Below are positions 13,358 to 25,600 of a DNA stretch of 64,000 nucleotides, piece after piece. How positions within the stretch are numbered: the stretch's first letter is position 1; every line of letters begins with the position of its first letter. The translations under genes and the position numbers were made by a program. Location of the stretch: positions 190,836,001-190,900,000 of the forward strand of contig OX597814.1 of assembly GCA_951406725.2 (NCBI GenBank), written 5' to 3'. Source of the DNA: Octopus vulgaris (lineage: Eukaryota). The notes under the pieces are model-generated. The model had not been told where the DNA came from and made no database searches. It saw nothing but the letters and a program-made list of their open reading frames with translations.

Positions 13358-13579
13358 TATGAAGACAAACACCAATTTTTCTATGTGATCAGTTTGAAGA
13401 ATTGTTAAGATATTTCTTAACATGAAACCAATGGTAGCCTTGATACACATATAAAGAATTTTTATCCATCAATGAAGTGTTGAGCACTCGTTCTCATTGT
13501 TTGATATTTATGTATCAATGTTTCCGGCATTCTTGAACATTGGATAAGCATTAAACACAAACAGAGAATCAAAACGGAC

Positions 13580-14065
13580 CATGGTAAAACATGAAATAAG
13601 AACGTCATTGAAGAATATTGCTATACCACCAAGGAAAGTGTACATCAAGCTTCTTATCAATAAAACAGAAAACATCCCAAGGAGAATGAAATAGAATGCT
13701 TATTTTTTCGATAAAGGTACGTGCATCCCCCATTCGGAGGACAGCTATTTTTTTAGATCTTACAAAATCTACCACATATTAAAGACCTAGATAATTTTGA
13801 AGACAATCTCATGAAATTAGTTAAAAATGTCAAATTTAACCATAAATCCAACAACTGCCACCACAAACTACAAACATACTTTGAACCTTTTAAGACATCT
13901 CCAAACATGTTTATTAAAGCAGATAAAATATAAAATGTTTATGAAGTAAACAGCCACACGCATAGCAAATTACTATCCAATAATATAATGAAAAGAAAAC
14001 AAGCCCCACCACCTATATTTTAATCAATGTTGAAGCAAAAAAAATTAGCTACAAAGTTTAAAATC
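13580..14065 (+). mobile_element. Penelope-like element, N-terminal ORF fragment (pseudogenised)
   Basis: Translates to SLKNIAIPPRKVYIKLLINKTE..PRRMK*NAYFF...FEDNLMKLVKNVKF...MFIKADK.*NVYEV....SKLLSNNI...INVEAKK, matching the pre-RT region (SLKNIP..., ADK motif) of invertebrate Penelope-like elements. Confidence 0.7.
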
Positions 14066-15337
14066 AAAGGTCCGGAGTGAGATGGTGAGGGAGGGGGCGG
14101 GAAGTTGTAAGAAAAATAATTTTTCAAAACTTTTTTCATACAATTATGCCCCACTTCCACTCCATCAATTCAAAGGCTGTGGTTTAAAAAAAATTAGGAA
14201 AACCCCCATCAAAACAGTAGTTCTAACTTATTTGCTCTTCCTGATCTGAAAATTCTCTCCCCACTCTCTTGGAAATACTTTCCCCACAAATTTCTTTATA
14301 ATTGTAATTTAAACCGTTTGTAAGGTATTTGTATTAACTTTCATTAAAAGATAACCATTTTCCTGAAAGTTATGAGAAAAAAAGTCAGATTGTGTGAATT
14401 TTCCGAAACTCCTCTCTCCATCCCCTCAGAAAAATTCTTTCCCATAAATCCCTATATATTCTGAAGCTACAACATCTAAGCAGTATTTAGAGAAAATTTG
14501 TGTATTCGATCTTTTCATTTCATGCACATTTCATTTATTGTTTGAAATGTTCTTTCTCACATACACACATTGCAAGGCTTACAGATGGACTGCTGAATTG
14601 AAATCTCTGTTGCTTTGAGAGGAAGGTAAAACTTGACAAACTGGTTCCCTCTCCGTAGTTGGACTACTTTGATGTTTGTTTAAAAAAGAGAAATTATGAC
14701 TGTGATAAAATAATGAAAGCAATATTTACTAAACAAGTGAGCACTATTATGCAATGAAATAATTAGACGTAAAATATCATAAAAATTATTATAATTGGGA
14801 ATCAAATGGGAAAATATTATCAAGTGACTAGTAGAAAACTACCCAGAGGGCAGTCTTTCTGCTAGTAGTATGTGCATATATATGTGTGTGTGTGTATAGA
14901 TATATAGTATATTTTTATATATCTGTATGTCGTGGCACTCCGTTGGTTATGACGATGAGGGTTCCAGTTGATCGAATCAACGGAACAGCCTGCTCATGAA
15001 ATTAACGCGCAAGTGGCTGAGCACTCCACAGACACGTATACCCTTAACGTAGTTCTCTGGGAGATTCAGCGTGATACAATGTGTGACAAGGCTGGCCCCT
15101 TTGAAATACAAGTACAACAGAAAACTGGAAGAAAGAGTGAGAGAAAGTTGTGGTGAAAGAGTACAGCAGGGTTTGCCAGAACCTCGTGGAGCTTTAGGTG
15201 TTTTCGCTCAATAAACACTCACAACACCTGGTCTGGGAATCGAAACTGCGATCCTACAACCACAAGTCCACTGCCCTAACCAGTGGGCCATGTATGTATG
15301 TAAATATATAATATATGCATGTGTGTGTATACATATA

Positions 15338-15549
15338 CAGGATGGCCTAAAAGTAGGTTTACAGTTATCACGTAGGCACTTCAAATTTCTTTTAAAACAT
15401 TTTATTGCATTTAAACTTCTCTCTTACAATTAACTAAATTAGCATAGAATAATGGTTTCATATTTTTTTATAATTAAGATCTAAACTGTTAATATATGAA
15501 TGCGAAAGAGATAGTTGAATAACTGTAAACCTACTTTTGGGCCACCCTG
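15338..15549. mobile_element. Tc1/mariner-type MITE
   Basis: TA-CAGGATGGCCTAAAAGTAGGTTTACAGTT ... AACTGTAAACCTACTTTTGGGCCACCCTG-TA terminal inverted repeats. Confidence 0.8.
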
Positions 15550-15639
15550 TATGTATCAGTGATGTCCACTCCAGCCATGCAAGTTATACATTACATAGCT
15601 GTTTATTTTTTATACAAATCCAAAAATAAATTTAAAAAA

Positions 15640-15885
15640 TGGTAATTCTATCTGTAACTACATTGAAAACTGAACCGACCCATAAGTACGATGAAAGATT
15701 GGCAAGCCACTTCTGTTTTCTCAGGTTTCTCAAATAGAATTCAAAATGGTTTGATCAATGTGGTTCAAAATGTTATGTTGAACGAAATAGAAAATGAACT
15801 GAAGCAGGTTCAATTTGTAGCTATTCTTGTAGATGAGGCTTCCAATGCTCAAAAATAAACTTGATTTCTCAGCAGTTTGTGAAAT
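15640..15885 (+). mobile_element. hAT transposase remnant (DUF4371/ZMYM1-like region)
   Basis: KYDERLASH...SGFSNRIQNGLINVVQNVMLNEIENELKQVQFVAILVDEASNAQK*, the typical IQN.LI...F.ILVDE.TD signature. Confidence 0.7.
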
Positions 15886-16008
15886 GTTAGGGAGGAAATA
15901 GGGAATCAAGCAGAAATCCAAATTAAGAGACCTAGGAATGAATCTGTTGTTCCCCAACGACATTATAGAATTCTCTTTAGTAAAATTATTGGCACAATTG
16001 TTGACAAT

Positions 16009-16742
16009 TTAACCCTTTCATTTCTGTATTTATTTTGGGATGCTCTGTGTTTCTTTCAATTAATTTTAAATATAACAAAGAATTTAGTAAAATAGCTTAG
16101 TTATCATTCAGCTAGTGTTAGGAACATAAATTGTGACTAAGGTTTAGTGGAAGATTTTAATTAAAATCTTATGAAAACAAGACATTTGTACTATAGAGCC
16201 AGAGGCAGTTTCAGCTGGGTTGGTATCAAAAGGGTTAAGAATTGTTTCTCTATTATATATCTTAACCCTTTCGTTACTGTATTTATTTTGTGATGCTCTG
16301 TGTTTCTTTCAATTATTTTAAATATAACAAAGAATTTATTAAAATAACTTAGTTATCATTCAGCTAGTGTTAGGAACATAAATTGTGACTAAGGTTTGGT
16401 GGAAGATTTTAATTAAAATCTTATGAAAACAAGACATTTGTACTACAGAGCCAGAGGCAGTTTCAGCTGGATTGGTATCAAAAGGGTTAAGAATTGTTTC
16501 TCTATTATATATCTTAACCCTTTCGTTACTGTATTTATTTTGAGATGCTCTGTGTTTCTTTCAATTATTTTAAATATAACAAAGAATTTATTAAAATAAC
16601 TTAGTTATCATTCAGCTAGTGTTAGGAACATAAATTGTGACTAAGGTTTGGTGGAAGATTTTAATTCAAAACTTATGAAAACAAGACATTTGTGCTACAA
16701 AGCCAGAGCTGGTTTCAGCTGGGTTGGTAACAAAAGGGTTAA
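16009..16742. mobile_element. Three tandem piggyBac-like MITE copies (16009-16238, 16262-16490, 16514-16742)
   Basis: Each is bounded by TTAACCCTTT...AAAGGGTTAA; the spacer gaattgtttctctattatatatc between them is identical. Confidence 0.88.
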
Positions 16743-17182
16743 AAACATGTTATTTATCCTTAGAAAGGCTTAAATTCATGGAATTTTGTTTACCATTCCT
16801 TCCACATCACCACTTCCAAACATAGTGATTCCTCTTTAGGCAGTATATGAGTTAGCAGTGTAAAATCAACACCCAGTCTCCTTGGAGATTTCTCAAACCT
16901 GTTTTTCCTTATCGGACCTCAGTGCCCTTGACTACTTCACATCTTAGCCCTTGAAGCAAATCACCAGAGGCCCTAGACAATCTTGCCCTGCAGCTGTACT
17001 CCATCAATGTAAGGGTCTCTCTGAAATGGAAACGTTTCCTGACCCATTTTTGAAAACCAATCCACTCCCTAGCCATTGACATCAGGATGTCCCTGTAAGT
17101 GTTTTTATATTTTTACAATTGCTTAGTGTGTGTGTGTGTGCCCTCATGCTATGTTTAAATGAACATGTATGTATGTTAGTAA

Positions 17183-17415
17183 AGGCAGTGAGCTGGCAGA
17201 ATCGTTAGCACGCCGGGCAAAATGTGTGACGGAATTTCGTCTGTCTTTATGTTCTGAGTTCAAATTCCACCGAGGTCGACTTTGCCTTTCATCCTTTCAG
17301 GGTCGATTAAATAAGTACCAGTAATGCACTGGGGTCGCTGTAACCTACTTAATCCGTTTGTCTGTCCTTGTTTGTCCTCTCTGTGTTTAGCCCCTTGTGG
17401 GTAGTAAAGAAATAG
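17183..17415 (+). mobile_element. SINE family B: tRNA-like head + Meta-like domain gcctttcatccttt.ggggtcgataaa..agtaccag. Representative copy; others at 1-220(-), 20487-20718(-), 46390-46594(-), 51727-51955, 54063-54498(-, two copies), 59216-59445, 60960-61350, plus an (ATT)n-tailed variant across 24600-35180
   Basis: B-box gagttcaaattcc; many dispersed copies; short TSDs visible (e.g. gtatgtatgttagt on both sides of this copy). Confidence 0.9.
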
Positions 17416-17824
17416 GTATGTATGTTAGTGTATACATGTGTATGTCTATATACACAAGAAAACCATTTATTCCTTTGTTATTTTGTTTTATTACTATATA
17501 CACACACACACACATACACACGTATATTTTATTTGTCTCACATCTTAAGGCTTAACATGTTTCAATTTCAAACTCTTTGATTTTATATTTTTAATTTCCT
17601 ATATTATTTTAAGATTTTATCTTCATTTTATCTTTTAATCTTCTACATTTAAGTGTAAATTAAACTTTTATAAAATTTCTTTTCAATCCTTAAATCTGTA
17701 AAAAAATTTTTTAATTTAATTTTAATTTTTATTTTTGACTTATTTTTATTCTTGGAATTAAAAAAAAAATTTCATTATCTTGTGAGTGGATTTGGTAGAC
17801 TGAAGAAACTGAAGGAAGCCTGTC

Positions 17825-17936
17825 ATATATATATATATATACACATATATATATATATACATATATATATACATATATATGTACATATATATATATACAT
17901 ATATATGTACATATATATATATACATATATATGTAC

Positions 17937-17989
<53 letters not shown>

Positions 17990-18015
17990 TATATATGTGT
18001 GTGTTTATATGTATA
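17825..18015. repeat. Long compound (TA)n/(TATACA)n microsatellite inside a family-A SINE, representative of dozens in the window
   Basis: Directly visible; source of the YIYIYI-type spurious ORFs. Confidence 0.95.
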
Positions 18016-18989
18016 TGCTTGTGTGTCTGTGTTTGTCTCCCCAACATCGCTTGACAACCGATGCTGGTGTGTTTACATCCCTGTAACTTAACGGTTCAGC
18101 AAGAGAGACCGATAGAATAAGTACTAGGCTTACAAAGAATAAGTCCTGGGGTTGATTTGCTCGACTAAAGGCGGTGCTCCAGCATGGCTGCAGTCAAATG
18201 ACTGAAACAAATAAAAGAATAAAACAAAAAAAAAATTGTTACCTTTAATTTTTAATATCAGTTTTATATTTTAAAATCCAATCTTTTGATTTTAATTTTT
18301 TTTAAGTTCTCAACTATACCAGTTGGAGATGTACTCCCAATCAGGTGTCCAATGCTATTCATATTTTGTCGCTCATTAAAAAAAGACTGCTCTGGTATAC
18401 TTGCTGGTGTTTACTTCCTTTTTATCAAACATTCGTGCCACCATTCAGTTTCTAAGTATGGAATTCAATTACTTCTCTCCACTATTGTAGCTAGAGTGTG
18501 TGCTGCCCAGAGTGACCTTTCCATTTGCTGCCGTCGGACCCCACAAAAATCACATATTGTCTACAGCAATAGCCTACAACAGGATGAAAATTGCTGCCCG
18601 GGTCAGACCCTCCTTCCCCAATCCCAGTTACAACAGCGCTTCTCTCTCTCCCTTCCGCTTTCTTTCTCTCCCCCATCCCTCTCCACCTCACTTTCCTATT
18701 TTTTAAACCTTGATCTTTGTCTGATACATCCTTCCTTTCCATAATTTTTTTATATGTTTTCCTGCAGTGATGCATTGGAATGAGCCATCACAATTCAAGT
18801 CAGTTCTTATTCAGTGTTTCTCCCCTCCTACATGAGTCAGAGGACTAAATCTCACTCGTCTCAGATCTTAGCATGGTTTCTGTGGCTCTAGGCCCTTCTA
18901 ACACTATTCATCATACAGAGTTTGCTGGGGGTATTTTATCATTACACCAGCAACAGAAATGTTGTCTTGCTCTTAGTGAGACTTGAAGG

Positions 18990-19310
18990 TGAAAGTGCGT
19001 GGCTTAGTGGTTAAGGCATTTGGCTCATGATTGTAAGATCGTGAGTTCAATTCCTGGTGACGTGTTGTGTCCCTGAGCAAGACACTTTATTTAACATTGC
19101 TCCAGTCCACTCAGCTGGCAAAAATGAGTTGTACCTGTATTTCAAAGGGCCAGCCTTGTCACACTCTGTGTCACGCTGAATCTCCCTGATAACTAGGTTA
19201 GGGGTACACGTGTTTGTGGAGTGCTCAGCCACTTGCACGTTAATTTCACGAGCAAGCTGTTCTGTTGATCATATCAGCTGGGACCCTTGTCATAACCGAT
19301 GGAGTGCTCC
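18990..19310 (+). mobile_element. SINE family E: tRNA head + CORE-like tgtccctgagcaagacact + conserved body; degenerate copies at 60585-60850 and 61508-61692
   Basis: tggcttagtggttaag...gagttcaattcc head; its body is shared with 14930-15120(-). Confidence 0.75.
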
Positions 19311-19650
19311 TTGAAACTTGAAGAGTCTTCTCGACCTTGCTTTCTCGCTGCTCTCTTTACCAACCACTTTACAGTGTGTACTGAATTCGTTTTATATTGG
19401 TACCAGCACCAGAGAGGTAACCTTGTAACTGAGCCTCCATACTTAGAAAAGTGAATAAGAGATGATAACAGAACTAAACTTAGAGTGAAATAGTGTAAAG
19501 AACAATAGTAAGATAGAAAGAACATTGCAGTTGCTGTAAAACAGTAGTGGAAGAGAGAGTATGAGAGGATAGAGGGCTGGGGGAAGTAATGGAAGAGAGA
19601 TAGTAATGTCAAGGGTTTGACATTAAATATTAAATATTTTCATATGCACA

Positions 19651-19681
<31 letters not shown>

Positions 19682-22600
19682 TCAAGTGTGTTAGGTCGGA
19701 CAGTTTGACAGGATCCAGCTGTCTGTGTCAAACTCCACTGTCATTCAATTTATATCATCATCATCCATGCTTGCATGGGTTGGACGATTTGACTGAAGAC
19801 TGACGAACCAGATGGCTGCACAGGAGCCATCTGCACAGGAACCACCTACACATAAGCCAGTCCAGCGGCACTGGCAATGACCTCGCTCGAATGGTTTTCA
19901 CGTGCCACCGGTACAAGTGCCAGTTAGGCGATGCTGGTAACGACCATGTTTGAATGGTGCTTTTAACGTGCCACCGGCATGGAAGCCAATCAGCTGCTCT
20001 GGCAATATATATATATATATATATATATATATGACCCACCAAGCCGAGCAAAATCACAGCTGTTACAGATACCGGTGGCATGTAAAAGTACCCATTACAC
20101 TCTCAGAGTGGTTGGCATCAAGAAGGGCATCAAGCTGTAGAAAACCATGCCAAATCAGACTGGAGCCTGGTGCAGCCTTTCAGCTTACTAGCCCAGTCAA
20201 GCCGTCCAACCCATGCCAGCATGGACAATGGACGTTAAATGATGATGATGTTCCCATAGTCAGACATATTTTTCATGGAAGACTGGAAATGAATTACCTC
20301 ACTTGTATGACAATGATTCTCATTTACAACCATCACATAATGTCTAGACAAGGGCAAACATGCATGCACACACACACACACACACACACACACGATGGGC
20401 TTCATTTAGTTTCTATTTAATGAATCGTTTCTCAAGGCCTTTGTTGGCTCAGGGCTATAGCAGGAGAGGCTTACCCAAGGTGGTATCTATTTCTTTACTA
20501 CCCACAAGGGGCTAAACACAGAGGGGACAAACAAGGACAGACAAACGGATTAAGTCGATTATATCGATCCCAGTGTGTAACTGGTTCTTATTTAATCGAC
20601 CCCAAAAGGATGAAAGGCAAAGTTGACCTCGGTGGAATTTGAACTCAGAACATAGCGGTAGACAAAATACCGGTAAGCATTTCACCCAGCGTGCTAATGT
20701 TTCTGCCAGCTCACCACCTCATTTAGTTCCTATTTAATGAATCGTTTCTCAAGGCCTTTGTTGGCCCAGGGCTATAGCAGGAGAGGCTTACCCAAGGCGG
20801 TATGCAGTGCAACTGAACCCAAGATCACATGGTTTTGGAAAAGTACTTTGCAAAATGGGTATAGGAAATAGGAAATGCCTCATCAAGGATTAGACAGAAT
20901 CATGTGAGTGAAATATCAAAGCTAAGAACAAGGAACAAATCTTCAATAACACAAACTAGTAGCTGCATGGTTCAATTGGTTATATCTGCAGTGGGTTTGA
21001 TTGGTGATTGTGTAGAGAGGAAAACGGAAATAAAAGTATGATGCATTTTGGGGTTGAAAGAACTCAAGGGTTCCTTTGTAACATAAATTCTACTCACCAT
21101 CAATGCAGGGGGTTTGGGGTGGGGTAATATAGGTTTTAAGTTTTGGCTCAAGGCCAGCAATTTCAAGAGAGGAGATAAGTCACTTACATCGACCCTAATG
21201 CATAACTGGTACTTATTTTATTGACCCTGGAAGGATGAAAAGCAAAGTTGACCTCAGCAGAGGGTAATAGTATTGTCAGAAAATTCTGTAAATATTGTGA
21301 TCTCCCACTGACTGCTGAGTGATCTACAATTCAATCATCATCATCATCGTTTAACATCCGCTTTCTGTGCTAGCATGGGTTGGACGGTTCGACTGGGGTC
21401 TGGGAAGCCAGGAGGCTGCACCAGGCTCCAGTCTGATCTGGTAGTGTTTCTACAGGTGGATGCCCTTCCTGATGCCAACCACTCTGTGTATATGAAATAT
21501 ACAAAGGTGTGTGTGTGTGTATATACATACTTATATGTGTGTTGACGTGCATATGTACATGTGTGTATTTGTGTCTCGTCTTCACATCACATCATGGTTG
21601 TAAACGAGTATCTCTAATATGAGTGATATTCATCTCCAATCTTTTGAGGAAACATGTCCAGCCGTGGGGAAATATTACCTTACTTGGAAATAGACGAGGG
21701 TTGGCAACAGAAGAGCATCCAAACAAGGTAATATTTTCTTATGATCAGACATAATTTTTTGACAGGTTGTATGATAGTGGTGTTCATCTACAACTATCAT
21801 GCAGTATCTGTTTAGATTCTGGGGCAAATATCTTCTGCTATAATCTAAAGCCAACCAAAGCTTTGTCAGGGGATTTGACTGAGACTGAAAGAAGCCTGTC
21901 GTGTGTGCGCGCTCACACACACACACACGTACACACACATGAAGGGGTGCTTAAAAGTTCCTGGCTTTACCCCTTTCGTTACTGTATTTATTTTGAGATG
22001 CTCTGTGTTTCTTTCAATTACTTTAAATATAGCTGGACTGGCTCCTGTGCAGGTGGCACATAAAAGCACCATTTGAGTGTGGCCATTGCCAGTACCTCCT
22101 GACTGGTCCTCATGCCGGTGGCACGTAAAAGTACCCACTACACTCTTGGAGAGTTTGGCGTTAGGAAGGGCATCCAGCTTTTGAAACTCTACCAGATCAG
22201 ATTGGAGTCTGGTGCAGCCATCTGGTTCGCCAGTCCTCAGTCAAATCGTCCAACCCATGCTAGCATGGAAAGTGGATGTAAAAACTATGCCAAAACAGGC
22301 CTCACTGGTACTTATGCCATGTAAAAAGCCCTCAGTCCATTCTGTAAGGTAGTTGATGTTAGGAAGGGTATCCAGCTTTAAAAGAACCCTGCCAAAACAC
22401 ACAGTGAAGCCTGGTGCAGTATTCTACCTATCCAACCTTTGGGAAACCATCCAACCCATGCCAGCATGGAGAATGGATGTTAAATGATGATGATGTTAAC
22501 TGCTGTGAATTTGCTTTTAACAGTTGAAATATATTACAAATATATCTTAACTAACCTAAAGTTTGTTTGTGCCTGAACACTGCTTGGCACTGATACTGCT

Positions 22601-25600
22601 GATGTGTGTGTGTAGTGTTTTTACTCTTTTTACTATAGAAGAGAATTTTGTCTCCGTAATAACTGCAGTGAATTTAGCGGTTGGAATATGCCACAAATAT
22701 ATTTTAACTAACCTAAAATGTGCCTAAACACTGCTTGGCACTGATACTGCTGAATATCATCATCATTATCGTTTAATGTCCACCTTCTATGCTATAAAAG
22801 AAGTTGGAAGGTTGGACCTCCAAGGCCTTTCACAGTACCCTTAACCCTCTTGTTACTAACCCACCTGAACCCGGCTCTGGCTCTGAGTACAAATGTCTTT
22901 TCATAAGTTTTGAATTGAAATCTTCCACCTAACCTTAGTCACAATTTATGTTTCTAACACTAGCTAAATGATAACTAAATTATTTTACTAAATTCTTTGT
23001 TATCATCATCATCATCATCATCGTTTAACATCCGCCTTCCATGCTAGCATGGGTTGGACGATTTGACTGAGGTCTGGCGAACCAGATGGCTGCACCAGAC
23101 TCCAATCTGATCTGGCAGAGTTTCTACAGCTAGATGCCCTTCTTAACGCCAACCACTCCGAGAATGGAGTGGGTGCTTTTATGTACCACTGGCACGAGGG
23201 CCAGTTAGGTGGTACTGGCAACGGCCATGCTCAAATGGTGCTTTTTATGTGCCACCTGCACAGGAGCCAGTCCAGCAGCACTGGCAACGACCTCGCTCAA
23301 ATGTTTTCTTTCACATGCCACCAGCACAAGTGCTAGTAAGGCGACGCAGGTAACGATCACGCTCAAATGGTGTTTTTAATGTGCCATTGGCACGGAGGCC
23401 AGCTTGTTGCTCTGGCAACGATCTCACTCGTATGGTATATATATATTTTTTGTGGCATATAAGATGTATTTCTTTCCCCCAAAATATGTCTCAAACCATC
23501 ACCATGAGGCCTGTATGCAAAGTTGGGCTTCCATAAGCTTTAATGCACTGAAAACACATTTTCCAGAATATGTGCTGCTGAAATTGGGGTGTGTCTAAAA
23601 TGTCTATGCATCTTTTATACCATCAAATATATTCACATTTTCCAAGAATTTGTTGCAGAAGGAAAAAGCTTATAAAAATTATTGTTCATTCAGTATTCAC
23701 AACTAAACAATTAGTATATTGTCCCTTTCTCCGTTTAACTAAATTTGTTTAAAATGTCGTTATTAGTACTCCACTATCATTTAAATTACTATTAGTGGAG
23801 AATAATAGATGTGTTGTTAGCAGTGGATAAATCATTTCCTCAATTGTTTGTTTATGACACAATTTTTTGTTTATTAATGATTCACATCATACTTTTCAAT
23901 GAGTAGGGTGAGTCCTTCAGGAAATCATTAAATATTAAAGATCCTGGAAGTTCGCTGACATACAAAATTGGGATGTTTGTGCAGTTGGTTGTGTGATTTT
24001 GGAGAAGAAATTAGACACTGTAAGTACAGAATTTTTTACTTTTATTTATATACTTATTTTTGTCAAATTGGCAAAATCACTAAACATAAAAAAATAATAT
24101 TATTATTATCATCATCATCATCATCATACTCTGCATCCTTCAAAATTTCCATGCTACTTGAAATTCGCCAGCAATACACCTGATGGTCTCATCCACTTTT
24201 TTTAACAACTTATTGTCTTTTTTATTCTATTTTATGTACTGTTTATCCACTTTTGGCTACTATTTCTGAAGAGTTATAGTTCACCTGAACACTGTATACA
24301 ATATTCTCTTGTGTCTGGGGAGAGTCATCTTCTTTTTGTGCCTTATAATTTAACACACTCACTGGTAAAATTTCCACTTATTTCTTATTTTTATTTTCCT
24401 GCAAGATGCGACAAAAATTTTCGGAAAATAAAAATAAGAAATAAGTGGAAATTTTAATGGTGAGTGTGTTACATTATAAGACACAAAAAGAAAATGACTC
24501 TCCCCAGACACAATAGAATATGCTTCAACACACGAACTCATATAAAGAATCTTGCAAACTAAATCCAAAAACAAAATACTGTATACAATAATTTTATTAT
24601 GATTATTGAGCTGGCAGAATTGTTAGGATACCAGACAAAATGCTTAGCATTTCATCTGTCTTTACATTGTGAGTTCAAATTCCACCAGGGTCGACTTTGC
24701 TTTCCATCTTTTCAGGGTCAATAAAATAAGTATCAGTGAAACACTGGTACCCTCCCCCAAAATTTCAATCCTTCTGCCTTTAATAGAAAGGATTATTATT
24801 ATTATTGTTATTATTATTATTGTTATTGTTATTGTTGTAATTATTATTATTATTATTATTATTATTAAGCTGGCAGCATTGTTACCATACCAGGTAAAAT
24901 ACTTAGTGACATTCCATCCATTTTTAGCGAGTTCAAATTTCACCAGAGTCAGCTTTGCTTTTTGTCCGTTTTGGGGTTGATAAATTAAGTACCAGTGGAG
25001 TACTGGGGTTGATGTAATCATCTTAACTCCTTCCCCAAAAAATTTTAGACCTTGTACCTTTAGTAGAAAGGATTATTATTTAAGTGGTGAGTTGGCAGAA
25101 TCGTTTCTGTGCTGGGCAAGATGCTTCATGGCATTCTGTCTGTCTTTACATTCCGAGTTCAAATTCTGCTGGGGTCGACTTTGCTTTTCATCCTTTCAGA
25201 GTCAATAAAATAACTACTAGTCAAATACTGGGGTTGATGTGATTGACTATGCCCCTTCTCACAAACTCCAGGCCTTGTGCCTGTAGCAGAAAAGGTTATC
25301 ATCATCATCATTATTATTATTATTATTATTATTGTTATTATTGTTGTTGTTGTTGTTATTATTTAAGTGATAAGCTAGCAGAGTTGTTACCATGCTGGAT
25401 AAAATGCTTAGCAGCATTTTCTCTGTCTTTTATTCTGAGTTCAAATTCTGCCTAAGGTTGACTTCGCCTTTCATCCTTTTGAGATCAATAAAATAAGTAC
25501 CAGTTGAATCCTGGGGTTGATCTAATCGACTTACTCCCTCCCCCAAAATTGCTGGCCTTGTGACAAAACTTGAAACCAATATTTAAGGCAGTGAGCTGGC

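Noticed and set aside
17729-18091. Many YIYIYI/THTH/CVCV ORFs here and throughout the track
   Set aside because: Translations of (TA)n, (CA)n and (ATT)n microsatellites and of SINE bodies.
18286-18744. 152-aa ORF in apparently unique sequence
   Set aside because: No splice support; only faint resemblance to a decayed GIY-YIG C-terminus, too weak to call.
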